A stretch of DNA of 37,665 nucleotides from a virus (lineage: Duplodnaviria; Caudoviricetes). The number at the start of each line of letters is the position of its first letter. Position 1 is the first letter of the stretch. A program made the position numbers and the translations under genes. Shown here in pieces: positions 7,865 through 17,020 of the stretch. The notes beneath the pieces were generated by a model that saw nothing but the letters and a program-made list of their open reading frames with translations, did not search any database and was not told the origin of the DNA. The stretch covers positions 1 to 37,665 of IMG/VR virus record IMGVR_UViG_3300037743_000469; one strand, given 5' to 3'.

Positions 7865-8220
7865 GCAACCGGCGCAAGCTCCACCCCGGCGAGCTGGCCC
7901 GCAAGGACCAGCGGCAGGCCGAGGCACGCGAACGGGCCCGCGCAGGACAGACCGTGATCATGACCGAGTACGCCGACGCTGGGCAGCAGTGCTGCTGGTG
8001 CGACTGCCCGGTGGTCGACACGGCAGGCCAGCCGCTGCCCTCACACCCCGACTGCGACGGCTGCCCCGAACCAGCCGAACTGGTCATGATCATGAGCTAC
8101 GGCACCCCGGAAGCCCGCGGCTGGCCAATCTGCCAAGCCCACCAGATCCCGTTCATCGACGACACGGTGGCGATGATGCAGCCCACCGTGGTCGAGCTGG
8201 CACCCCCGTGGGAGAACTGA
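7861..8220 (+). CDS. Cys-rich hypothetical protein
   Basis: ATGA overlap; CCWCDC, CDGC and CQAH. Confidence 0.65.
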   Translation: MSNRRKLHPGELARKDQRQAEARERARAGQTVIMTEYADAGQQCCWCDCPVVDTAGQPLPSHPDCDGCPEPAELVMIMSYGTPEARGWPICQAHQIPFIDDTVAMMQPTVVELAPPWEN

Positions 8221-9371
8221 TGGCCGCCAAGAAGAACGCGCCCACCGGGATCTGGCTCGCCGCGAGCGAACTCCTCGGCCGACCGGTATCAACCAGCGAA
8301 CCCTACCCGTGCATTTGTGGTGCGAAGCTGGCCAACGGCAGGGTCGCCAGGCCGGTCCGCAAGGCCGACGACGGGACGTGGCGCGGCGACTGCAGCGCGG
8401 CCAACCACACCGGCGCGTCGGTGACCCCGCCGCCGGCGCCGGAGATGGCGGCCGACGACTTCGCCAAGCTGCTCGCCTCCGTGGCGGCATCCGAGCGGAT
8501 CGACCCGACCAAGCCGATGTGCCCGGCCTGCGGCCTGCAGACCAGCCCGTGCCAGTGCGGGACCCAGGAACCGATGACCTTCGAACCGGAACCGGACAGC
8601 GAGGACCTGGCCACCGCGGTCAAACGCATCTGCCGCAGCTATTCCGAGTCGTCCGCACGCTCCCAGCAGGTGATGATCGGCCTGTCGGAGATCGGCGACC
8701 CGTGCGACCGGGCCGTGGCCTACAAGCTGTTCGAGATGCCGGCGGTGAACACCAGCCGGGACAGCCATTTGGCCGATGTCGGCACCGCTTGGCACGTCTG
8801 GCTCGCAGGCGCGTACGAGGCGGAGAACCAGCGGCTCGGCCGGGTCCGCTACCTGATCGAGGAACGCGTGTTCCTCACCGACGGGTACTCGGGAACGTGC
8901 GACTTGTTCGATGTGGACACCGGCCGGGTGTGCGACCACAAGTTGCTCGGCGTGACCTCGCTGCAGGCGATCCGGAACGGGGACATCCCGGAAAAGTACA
9001 GAGTGCAGCTGCACTCCTACGGGTATGGCCATGCCCGCGCCGGCCGCAACGTCCGCGAAGTCGCGTTAATCTGCTACCCGCGGTCGGACAACCTTGGCGG
9101 CGACTTTTCTGGCAAAGGCTTGCATGTCCACGTCGAACCGTACGACGAGCGGATCGCCCTGCAAGGACTGGACCGGCTCGGTCGGTTGTCCGCTCTGCTG
9201 CACCAGCTGGACCCGGAGCAGAACCCGGACCGCTGGTCGCTGATCCCCGCAACCCCCAGCAAGGGTTGTCGACATTGTCCCAGCTTCCGGCCCTCTGGTG
9301 GGCCGGCTGACGCCAGCGGATGCCCGGGCGCACCCGTCGACGTCCCAACAACCATGCCCGGAATCCTGTAA
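8220..9371 (+). CDS. Cas4/RecB-family PD-(D/E)xK exonuclease with Cys-rich N-terminal extension
   Basis: SEIGDPCDR, GTAWH, IEERV, GTCDLFD, DHK, QLHSYG, C-terminal CRHC...C; TGATG overlap. Confidence 0.85.
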   Translation: MAAKKNAPTGIWLAASELLGRPVSTSEPYPCICGAKLANGRVARPVRKADDGTWRGDCSAANHTGASVTPPPAPEMAADDFAKLLASVAASERIDPTKPMCPACGLQTSPCQCGTQEPMTFEPEPDSEDLATAVKRICRSYSESSARSQQVMIGLSEIGDPCDRAVAYKLFEMPAVNTSRDSHLADVGTAWHVWLAGAYEAENQRLGRVRYLIEERVFLTDGYSGTCDLFDVDTGRVCDHKLLGVTSLQAIRNGDIPEKYRVQLHSYGYGHARAGRNVREVALICYPRSDNLGGDFSGKGLHVHVEPYDERIALQGLDRLGRLSALLHQLDPEQNPDRWSLIPATPSKGCRHCPSFRPSGGPADASGCPGAPVDVPTTMPGIL

Positions 9372-9398
9372 CACAGGGACACTACACAAAGGAGCAAC

Positions 9399-9989
9399 AT
9401 GTCCCAGGAATACGATGCCAACGACTTCCTCATGGGGGTCGGCATACCCGGCGCGAAGTTCCCGTCGATCGGGTCCAGCATTACCGGCGCGGTGACCAAG
9501 GAGCCGGAGCTGATGCAGCAGACCGACTTCGACACCAACGAGCCGTTGGTGTGGTCGGACGGCCGGCCACGGATGCAGGCCAGGGTGATCCTGGCAACTG
9601 ACGAGCGGGACCCGGAGATCGCCGACGACGACGGCACCCGCGCCCTGTACGTCAAGGCCGCGCTGCAGAAGGCGGTCGCCTCGGCTGTCCGCAGCGCCGG
9701 CGCGAAGCGGCTGGAGATCGGCGGCAAGCTGACCGTCACGTACACCGGCGACGGCCAGGCGGTCGGGAAGAAGAACCCCCCGAAGGTCTACTCGGCCAAG
9801 TACGAGCCGCCGGACCCGGTGGCGCAGGCCGCCGACCAGCCGCCGACCGGAACGCCGACCGGGGCACCTGCTGGTGGTGCAGCCGGCGACATCCCGCCGG
9901 CCGGGGTCGACCCGGGTGCGTGGGCTGCGTTGTCCGACGAGCAGAAGGCAACGCTGCGGGCCGCAATGGGCCAGCAGCAGGCGTTCTGA
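9399..9989 (+). CDS. Probable OB-fold single-stranded DNA-binding protein
   Basis: AAAGGAG RBS; beta-rich core with low-complexity Pro/Ala tail; sits right after the exonuclease. Confidence 0.55.
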   Translation: MSQEYDANDFLMGVGIPGAKFPSIGSSITGAVTKEPELMQQTDFDTNEPLVWSDGRPRMQARVILATDERDPEIADDDGTRALYVKAALQKAVASAVRSAGAKRLEIGGKLTVTYTGDGQAVGKKNPPKVYSAKYEPPDPVAQAADQPPTGTPTGAPAGGAAGDIPPAGVDPGAWAALSDEQKATLRAAMGQQQAF

Positions 9990-10064
9990 ACCGTCCAGGA
10001 AGGGGGCCGGGCGCGCCAACACCGCGCCCGGCCCCGCCGGCCAGTAGACCCCATGGAGAACCCC

Positions 10065-10595
10065 ATGAGCAACATGAACAGAACTGAACGACTGGAACTG
10101 ACGAAGATCGTTCGGCAGCGGGCCAAGCTCGCCAAGGACGACGTTGCGGCCCGGGAGGCGCAGATCCTCGCCGACGCCGAGGCGGCCCTGTCGGCCAGAT
10201 TCAAGGAGGATGACGACGCGTTCCGGGACCTGATGGTCGAGGCCCGGGCGTACATGGCAGAGCTGAAGGCGAAGCTCGACGCGCGCTGCGCCGAGCTGGG
10301 CATCCCGGCCGAGTTCCGACCCTCAGCCGAGTTGTACTGGTTCCGCCGTGGCGAGAACGCATCCAAGGAGCGGCGAAGCGAGCTTCGGATGGCGGTACGC
10401 ACCCAGGCCGCGGCCAGCGGCAAAAAGGCAAAGCTGGAGATCGACCGGCAGTCGGTCGGCCTGCAAGAGCAGCTCATGGCCGGCGGTTTTGAGTCGGTGG
10501 AGGCTACACAGTTCCTCGCCGCGTTGCCGTCCGCCGAGGACCTCATGCCGGCCTTGCAGTTGCCGGCGATCGAGACCGACAAGGAGAAGTCATGA
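10065..10595 (+). CDS. Coiled-coil hypothetical protein
   Basis: GGAG RBS before ATG 10065; heptad-rich. Confidence 0.7.
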   Translation: MSNMNRTERLELTKIVRQRAKLAKDDVAAREAQILADAEAALSARFKEDDDAFRDLMVEARAYMAELKAKLDARCAELGIPAEFRPSAELYWFRRGENASKERRSELRMAVRTQAAASGKKAKLEIDRQSVGLQEQLMAGGFESVEATQFLAALPSAEDLMPALQLPAIETDKEKS

Positions 10596-10834
10596 ACACG
10601 AACAGGATGAGCACGCTCGCACTGTGCGAGCTGCTACTCGCCGTGGTCGACGAGCTGGACCACCGGGGCCGGGCCGACTCCGGCATTGACGGGATTGTCA
10701 ACGGCTGGGGCACCATCACAACCGCGTGGGGCGACCTGCGCCGCGACGTCGACGGCTGGAATTTCGTGTGGGACAGCGAGGGCTCGGCTGAACTCGCGCT
10801 GCGCGACCGCGGCCGCACCCCGCAGCTCGTCTGA
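10592..10834 (+). CDS. Hypothetical protein
   Basis: AAGGAG RBS, ATGA overlap. Confidence 0.6.
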   Translation: MNTNRMSTLALCELLLAVVDELDHRGRADSGIDGIVNGWGTITTAWGDLRRDVDGWNFVWDSEGSAELALRDRGRTPQLV

Positions 10835-10843
10835 TCCGCAACC

Positions 10844-10898
10844 GCCCCGGGACCGGAACCGGCCGGCACACCCGCGCCCAAGTCGCGGCGGGGCACCA
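10844..10898 (+). ncRNA. tRNA-like mini element (acceptor stem, T-arm, ACCA)
   Basis: GCCCCG/CGGGGC stem followed by ACCA; CCGCG-CCCAAGT-CGCGG arm; intergenic. Confidence 0.4.
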
Positions 10899-10925
10899 GC
10901 AACAACCCGAGAGGGAGGAGCCCCC

Positions 10926-11456
10926 GTGGCCCTGGTACGCATCGAAGTCGACACCTTCGACGCCGAGGTTTACTCGCCGTACAACCCGGAACGGGTCGAG
11001 ATCATCAGGACCATCCCCGGCCGGTCCTGGGACAAGGAAGCCAAATTCTGGTCGATCCCCGCCAACCAGGTCCCCTCCCTGGTCATCGCCCTGCAGGCCT
11101 TCGGCGACACGGTTCAGATCCACCAACGGCCACCGGGGGACCGCACCCCACCACCAGGCGGCGGCCGGGACACCAGCTACTTAGAGCTGAAGCTGCGACT
11201 CGCCAAGGAACAAAACCGTGACCTGCTGCGCGAGAACCAGCGGCTGCGCCAGGAAGGCCAGCGGGCCCGCAACGAATCCTCGGCCCGCCGCTCCAACTGG
11301 GCCGAAGACCTCCTGTCCAAGCTCAGCCCGGAGCAGGCCAAGCAGGCCTACCGGAAGCTGGCCCTCGTTCTCCACCCCGACGTCGGCGGACCACCCGACC
11401 TCATGCGCGACCTGAACGTCGCCAACGACCTGCTCGGCGAGCGGAGCTGGCGGTGA
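10926..11456 (+). CDS. HARP-like N-terminal domain, coiled coil and C-terminal J-domain protein
   Basis: GGAGGAG RBS and GTG 10926; PYNPERVEIIRTIPGRSWDKEAKFWSIP; AYRKLALVLHPDVGG (HPD motif). Confidence 0.75.
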   Translation: MALVRIEVDTFDAEVYSPYNPERVEIIRTIPGRSWDKEAKFWSIPANQVPSLVIALQAFGDTVQIHQRPPGDRTPPPGGGRDTSYLELKLRLAKEQNRDLLRENQRLRQEGQRARNESSARRSNWAEDLLSKLSPEQAKQAYRKLALVLHPDVGGPPDLMRDLNVANDLLGERSWR

Positions 11457-14221
11457 CCGGCCCCTACGCCGCCGCCGCCGAGCGCTACTGGCAGGCCGGC
11501 TGGCGTGGTGTGCTGCCCCTGCCGGCCGGGAAGAAGTCGCCGCCACCGGACGGGTGGACCGGCCACGGCGCCCCCTACCCCAGCTACGCCGACATCGTGA
11601 CCTGGATCGAAGACCGCGGCACCGGCAACCTGGCCCTACGCATGCCCGCAGACATCCTCGGCATCGACGTCGACGCCTACGGCGACAAACCCGGCGCCGC
11701 CACCCTCGCCGAACTGGAAGCCGAACACGGCCCGCTGCCGGCCACCTGGGTCTCCACCAGCCGCGACGACGGAATCTCCGGCATCCGCCTGTTCCAGGTC
11801 CCGGTCGGCGTCAACTGGATCAGCGCGCTACCCGGCATCGAAACCATCCACGCCGGGCACCGGTACCTGGTCGCCGCCCCCTCGATCCACCCCATCACCG
11901 GCCGCAAGTACCGGTGGACCAGTCCCGCCGGCAAGGCTGCCGACCAGCCACCCGGCCCCGCCGGGCTACCCGAGCTGCCCCTGCCATGGGTGGTCGCCCT
12001 GGCCAGGCCGTACGCCAGGGCGCAGGCTAGCGACCTGCACCAGGCCGAGGCCGTCGCATGGCTGGGACAGCTGCGTGGCGGCGACCCCTGCCCACCCGTT
12101 GCCCTCGTTCTCGAACAAGCGGTGCGGCAGCTCACCACCGCCGGTGGAGGGGCCCGGCACGAAATCGCCCGCGACAGCTCCCGGGCGCTGACCGCATTCG
12201 GCGGGGAAGGACACGCCGGGGTCAGCGGCGCTCTCGGCCAGCTCGGACACGCGTTCACCGCTGCCGCGCTCGACCCGGCCCGCGGCGACAACACCCGCAG
12301 CGCCGACCAGGCGCAAGCCGAATACCGGGACCTACTCGTCGGGGCCATCCGGCTCGCCGCAGCAGCCAATCCGCAGCCGGCGCAGGAATGCGACTGCGCC
12401 ACCGACGACGACCTGTACGACCTCACCGGCCAACAGCGGCCCGACCAGGATGGCCGGCAGGAGCAGACCACCGACCAGAGCGCCGAACGTGCGGCTGCCG
12501 ACCCGGTGCGACCCGAGTTGGACGTGACCAACCCGGCGGTCGCCGCCGACTGGCTACGCAACCACCTCGGACGTGGCCACCTCGCAGGCATGTTCCTGCG
12601 GGGCGACAACCTGGTGTTCACCCCCCGCGAAGGTGAAGACGGGTACCTGCCGTTGAGCGAAGACGACCGGGACAGCGACGGACCAGCCCAGATCCGAACC
12701 GTCACCGGTCCCGGGCTCGCCGCGCAAGTCAGCTACCGGTACCGATGCGTCCGCACCACCATCACCAAGAGCGGCAACGAGACTGTCAAGCCGGCACTGT
12801 TCCCGCAAACTGCTGCCCAGACCGCCGCCAACGCCATCGACATGATGCGAGGATTGCGCCTGCTCCGCGGCGTCACCCACACCCCCATCGTTCGAGCCGA
12901 CGGCAGCATCCTGAACCAGCCTGGGTACGACACCCACACCAAGCTGCTCTACCTCCCCGGCGAGCTGATCGTGCCAGAGGTACCGGAGAGTCCGTCGACC
13001 GAACAAACGGCGGCTGCGGTCGCGCTGCTCGACCGGATGGTCGCAGGGTTCCCGTTCCTAACCCGCCATGACGCGGCCAACTTCTACGGGCTGCTGATCA
13101 CACCCATGCTCCGAGAACTGGTTGGGCCGCCGTACAAGCTCGGCGTATTCACCGCACCAATGCGGCGTTCCGGTAAGACGCTGTTGGCATCGGTGCTGCG
13201 GATTCTGCACGGAGGAGTATTCCGGGCCGAGGTACCCACCGACGAGGCTGAATGGTCCAAAACCCTGTCCACCATCCTGAACGTGACCACCGGTCCCGTC
13301 ATCTGCTTCGACAACGTTACCGGCACACTGAAATCCGGCACCCTCGACGGTCTACTCACATCCGCCACCTTTGACGCTCGCCAGCTCGGCCGAACCGATG
13401 AGATGATCCGACGTCGCAACGACCGAATCTGGACCATTACAAGCAACAATGCCAGGCTTGGCGGTGACCTGTTACCTCGCGCGCTGTGGATCACCATTGA
13501 CCCTGGTGCTCCCCACCCCGAGCGGCGCACCGGATTCACCATCTCAGACCTGCCCAGATGGGTCAACGAGCATCGGGGCGAGCTGATGGTGGCGCTGCTG
13601 ACCCTGGTGCGCGCCTGGGTAGTTGCCGGGCAGCCAACCGAGCAGGTCGGCGACATCTACGGCCGCTGGGTAGGGACGATCCGGGGCATCCTAACTACTG
13701 CCGGTGTGACAGGCATGTTCGACGCACCCGAGAGCGCCGGACAGGAAGCTACCGACGACGAGGATGACCTGAGCACCTTCCTGGACGCCGCCCACCACGT
13801 CTTCGACGACCGGCTCTGGACCGCCAAGGAGTTGCTGGACCGCGTTGACGTTGTGCACGCAGCTTCCATTCCCCTCGATGCCCTGCCGGGCGAACTCGGC
13901 GCGAAAATATCGAAGACGGGTGATCCTAGGATGATCGCAAGATCGCTTGGCATGTGGTTGGGGTACCGCGAGGGGCGCTGGGCGAACAACAAGGCGGTTC
14001 GGAAGCGCAAGGCCAACAGGGTCGGAACGATACAGTGGCAAATCGTCACATACCCAGACACATGCTCGGAGTCAAGTGCAGGTACTGCAGGGACTGCAGG
14101 GACCTTTTCCAGCCCTAAGGAGCAAAATCCCCTAGATGATCTTGAAGGGGGAACGCCTCCGGGCGATGGGAAACCGTACCAGCAGTCCCAGCAGTCCCAG
14201 CAGACGTGGCCGGACTGGTGA
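11453..14221 (+). CDS. Bifunctional primase-polymerase fused to P-loop helicase/ATPase
   Basis: VLPLPAGKKSPP, GIDVDAY, YLVAAPSIHP (Prim-Pol); RRSGKTLL Walker A, ICFDN Walker B, ITSNN. Confidence 0.9.
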   Translation: MTGPYAAAAERYWQAGWRGVLPLPAGKKSPPPDGWTGHGAPYPSYADIVTWIEDRGTGNLALRMPADILGIDVDAYGDKPGAATLAELEAEHGPLPATWVSTSRDDGISGIRLFQVPVGVNWISALPGIETIHAGHRYLVAAPSIHPITGRKYRWTSPAGKAADQPPGPAGLPELPLPWVVALARPYARAQASDLHQAEAVAWLGQLRGGDPCPPVALVLEQAVRQLTTAGGGARHEIARDSSRALTAFGGEGHAGVSGALGQLGHAFTAAALDPARGDNTRSADQAQAEYRDLLVGAIRLAAAANPQPAQECDCATDDDLYDLTGQQRPDQDGRQEQTTDQSAERAAADPVRPELDVTNPAVAADWLRNHLGRGHLAGMFLRGDNLVFTPREGEDGYLPLSEDDRDSDGPAQIRTVTGPGLAAQVSYRYRCVRTTITKSGNETVKPALFPQTAAQTAANAIDMMRGLRLLRGVTHTPIVRADGSILNQPGYDTHTKLLYLPGELIVPEVPESPSTEQTAAAVALLDRMVAGFPFLTRHDAANFYGLLITPMLRELVGPPYKLGVFTAPMRRSGKTLLASVLRILHGGVFRAEVPTDEAEWSKTLSTILNVTTGPVICFDNVTGTLKSGTLDGLLTSATFDARQLGRTDEMIRRRNDRIWTITSNNARLGGDLLPRALWITIDPGAPHPERRTGFTISDLPRWVNEHRGELMVALLTLVRAWVVAGQPTEQVGDIYGRWVGTIRGILTTAGVTGMFDAPESAGQEATDDEDDLSTFLDAAHHVFDDRLWTAKELLDRVDVVHAASIPLDALPGELGAKISKTGDPRMIARSLGMWLGYREGRWANNKAVRKRKANRVGTIQWQIVTYPDTCSESSAGTAGTAGTFSSPKEQNPLDDLEGGTPPGDGKPYQQSQQSQQTWPDW
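14077..14202. repeat. Two inverted arrays of 3 x 9-bp iterons (TGCWGGKAC) around a 72-bp AT-richer spacer; putative replication origin
   Basis: TGCAGGTAC TGCAGGGAC TGCAGGGAC (14077-14103) and GTACCAGCA GTCCCAGCA GTCCCAGCA (14176-14202). Confidence 0.7.
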
Positions 14222-14226
14222 TCGCC

Positions 14227-14508
14227 ATGACCCGCCACCTGGTCACCACCCAGACCACAACCGGAGCCTGCCCGCGGTGTAAAGCATCCATACTCGTCGC
14301 AGTCTCCGAAGGCCTGCCAGTACGCGTGGATACGACGCCCATCGATGCCGCCCAAGAGATCCAGGCACTTGTCGAAGGCCGCTGGACCTACACCCTCACC
14401 ACCGCCCGCGAACTCCTCCACCGCGACCGGCTACGCATCCGCGCAACCGACCACCGCAACACCATCCACCGGCAGCACCGCTGCCCCGACCAAGGAAGCC
14501 GCTCATGA
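14227..14508 (+). CDS. Zinc-binding hypothetical protein
   Basis: CPRC...HRC; ATG 14227. Confidence 0.65.
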   Translation: MTRHLVTTQTTTGACPRCKASILVAVSEGLPVRVDTTPIDAAQEIQALVEGRWTYTLTTARELLHRDRLRIRATDHRNTIHRQHRCPDQGSRS

Positions 14509-14738
14509 TCGACCATGAAACTCTGGCCGCCGAGATCCGCCAGCGCATCGAGCAGGCAGCCGCCGAACGGGAACGACGCCGGCAGCACACGGCCGCGGTC
14601 CGGGCACAGTTCGCCGAAGCCCGCCGGCACGGGCTCGCCGCCCGCCACCGGCAACGTATGGCTCGAGCCGAGCAGCGGCTACGGCAGGCACGGCGCGACG
14701 GGGCCGAGGACAGCTGGTGGGAAGAGCCACAGCCGTGA
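14505..14738 (+). CDS. Basic helical hypothetical protein
   Basis: AAGGAAG RBS, ATGA overlap. Confidence 0.6.
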   Translation: MIDHETLAAEIRQRIEQAAAERERRRQHTAAVRAQFAEARRHGLAARHRQRMARAEQRLRQARRDGAEDSWWEEPQP

Positions 14739-14758
14739 GTGATACAGATCTGTATCAC
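14739..14758. promoter_or_regulatory. Perfect 20-bp palindrome
   Basis: GTGATACAGATCTGTATCAC. Confidence 0.55.
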
Positions 14759-14790
14759 CTGCAGCCAGCGCCCAGCATTGGGAGCGGTAG

Positions 14791-15063
14791 ATGAGCCGCA
14801 ACTGGACCACTGCAGGCCATGCGCAGCGCTACGGAAACACACACCAACGGCTACGCCGCCGCTGGGCACCCCTGGTAGCAGCAGGCGGTGCCAGCTGCTC
14901 ACGCTGCGACCAGCCCATCCACCCTGGCCAGGCATGGGACCTTGGCCATGTGCCAGGTGACCGGCACACCTACGCAGGGCCACAACATGCCGTGTGCAAC
15001 CGCAACACCACCGATGAGCGAGGCGCAGCAGATCCAGCGCCAAAACCGAGAACACAATGGTGA
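14791..15063 (+). CDS. Packaging-associated HNH endonuclease
   Basis: RYGNTHQRLRRRW...CSRCDQPI...WDLGH...GPQHAVCN; GGGAG RBS; next to terminase. Confidence 0.8.
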   Translation: MSRNWTTAGHAQRYGNTHQRLRRRWAPLVAAGGASCSRCDQPIHPGQAWDLGHVPGDRHTYAGPQHAVCNRNTTDERGAADPAPKPRTQW

Positions 15064-15141
15064 AAACGGACAACTCAGTCGTTTTTCCCTGAACCGGACG
15101 CCGCTCGTATCCACGTCCCTCTGTTTCTCCCTCCCCCAAGA

Positions 15142-16794
15142 TCAGGCACGTCTCCCTCCGGCGATGACCATGGGGCGGATCTTCGGGGCGTATGGCACGG
15201 TGAGGCTGGTGTAGGTCATTCCGGCGAACGCGTAGGCTGCGTCGACGTGGCCGGCGCCGCGGCGTACGAAGCGCCATCCGTCGCCGGTGTGGTATCGGGT
15301 GGCCCCGGCGATGTGCGCGTTGAGGAGTGGGTCGTTGGGGTGGATGACCCGCCGGGCGGCTACCAGGTCGGCCAGGCCTTGGCAGGCTTCGGTGACCATC
15401 TGGCCCTTCAGCTCGTGGCTTCCGGCTCTCGACCGGAGGATGGGTGCCAGCGAGGCGGCGGGCCCGGATGGGTACCAGGCTGTGATCCTGGGTTTGATCT
15501 GGTTGAGCAGGTCGGGCAGTTGGGCTCTTGCTTCGCGGGTGGTCTTCCAGGCTGCGGAGATTTCACCGCGGACTCGGCCGTCGTGGAGCTCGGCACCGAC
15601 GGCTAGTGTCACGTGCTGCCCGTCGGCTGCGACGTCGATGCATGCGACGATCCGGTCGCGGAGGTCGTTGAGGTTGCCGGTGGGGTCGGAGCAGTCTTTC
15701 CACGCTGGCAGCGGGATTGCACCGTCGAGGGTGTCTACCTTCTGGCATAGGACTTCTGTGCGGTAGACCTCGGGCGGGTCGGTGGCTTGCGCGGTGCGGA
15801 TGGCTGCTTGGTTTGGGCCGCCGCAGTTGAGCCCTGGGTTGGCTTGGGCGATGGCGGCCCAGTCGTCGAGGTCGCAGCCTTCCGGCGCGGACCACTCGAA
15901 CAGGCCGATGGATGGGTCGCGGGCTGGTCCGAGTATGGACACGCCGTCTGGTCCGGTGGTGACTCCGGCGGCGGCTCGTAGCTGGTTGAGGACTACGGAT
16001 TCTTCGTCGCCCATGTTCGACATGACCCATATCTGGCCGTTTGGGCGGGCCATGACCGTTTTCGACAGTGCTGACCATGCTTTCCAGTCGCGCTGTTCGC
16101 GGAGTTCGTCGATGTTTAGTTCGTCGATTGACAGTCCGCGGCCGGCTTTCCGGTTGGTGGCTCTGATGAGGTAGCGGGGCAGCGCTTCGCGGGGTGTGCC
16201 GGGTGGTGCGTTGCTTTGTAGCCAGAACTGTTCGTCGCCGTTGACGCTGCGCTCGCCGCCCCACTCCCCTTTGAGGTCGGGGCAGGCGTGGATGGTGGCT
16301 TTGCACAGGTTCATCTGTTCGCGGGCAAGGGCGACGTCCTGTGCCGTGCCTAGCACGACCCGGGCGCCGTCGAGGTACAGCCGCCACAGGCTGAGCTTCC
16401 GTTTTGCCGTGGATTTACCGTTTTGCCGGGCAACGATGACCAGGACGATTCGGAATCGGTAGGTGCCGTCTGGGAGTAGCTCCAGGGCGTGGATGTTGAG
16501 CCATTGCTGCCAGGGAAGGTTCGGCTCGCCGATGATGTCGGTGAACTCGTTGGCCTCATATCCGCGGGTGGTGTCTCGGGTCAACGGTCGTAGTGGCGCC
16601 GTCCACAGCCGTGGTTCCGTGCGGCCGACGACCTTCGAGGCGTACAGGTGGGCGGCCGGTTCCTGCGGCGGCACGTGGCTGGTGCAGAGTTCGCCGCCGC
16701 GCGGTGCCAGTTTCCGGCAGCCGCCCTCGGCGCAACGTTTACGCCCGGCGAGCTTCCCGGAGCTGGTCGAGCTTGGTGGTGCCACCGGTGGCAC
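15142..16794 (-). CDS. terL: Terminase large subunit (start may be GTG 16785)
   Basis: PWQQW, VARQNGKST Walker A, NIDELRE Walker B, CIDVA and HVDAAYA nuclease motifs. Confidence 0.92.
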   Translation of the reverse strand: MPPVAPPSSTSSGKLAGRKRCAEGGCRKLAPRGGELCTSHVPPQEPAAHLYASKVVGRTEPRLWTAPLRPLTRDTTRGYEANEFTDIIGEPNLPWQQWLNIHALELLPDGTYRFRIVLVIVARQNGKSTAKRKLSLWRLYLDGARVVLGTAQDVALAREQMNLCKATIHACPDLKGEWGGERSVNGDEQFWLQSNAPPGTPREALPRYLIRATNRKAGRGLSIDELNIDELREQRDWKAWSALSKTVMARPNGQIWVMSNMGDEESVVLNQLRAAAGVTTGPDGVSILGPARDPSIGLFEWSAPEGCDLDDWAAIAQANPGLNCGGPNQAAIRTAQATDPPEVYRTEVLCQKVDTLDGAIPLPAWKDCSDPTGNLNDLRDRIVACIDVAADGQHVTLAVGAELHDGRVRGEISAAWKTTREARAQLPDLLNQIKPRITAWYPSGPAASLAPILRSRAGSHELKGQMVTEACQGLADLVAARRVIHPNDPLLNAHIAGATRYHTGDGWRFVRRGAGHVDAAYAFAGMTYTSLTVPYAPKIRPMVIAGGRRA

Positions 16795-17020
16795 CTCCCT
16801 TGCTTACCGCGGCGCGGGCGTGGGGTGTGGCACCGAGGGCTTCGAGCGTGGCGAGCAGCCGCGGGCCGAGGTCTTTCAGCTGCTCGGGGTCGGCGTCGAT
16901 GCTGGCCGCGTACCGCTCGGCCAACGTGGCCGCCGCGGAGTCCTCGGGCCGCAGGGTCAGGTTCGCGATCGTGTGCTGGACGGTGGGTAGCAGCAACTCG
17001 TCTGCGCTTCGGAGGCTCAC
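16739..17020 (-). CDS. terS: Terminase small subunit
   Basis: LAERYAASID...LGPRLLATLEALGATPHAR...LDQLREARRA; directly upstream of and overlapping terL. Confidence 0.8.
   Translation of the reverse strand: MSLRSADELLLPTVQHTIANLTLRPEDSAAATLAERYAASIDADPEQLKDLGPRLLATLEALGATPHARAAVSKGGATGGTTKLDQLREARRA

Noticed and set aside
8220-9371. Cas4-like gene as evidence of a CRISPR system
   Set aside because: No repeat-spacer array or other cas genes; solo Cas4-like exonucleases are common in actinophages
10844-10898. Canonical tRNA gene
   Set aside because: Only 55 nt, 6-bp acceptor stem, no proper D or anticodon arm; kept only as tRNA-like
14739-14960. 73-aa Cys-containing ORF
   Set aside because: Overlaps the better-supported HNH (14791..15063) and begins in a palindrome
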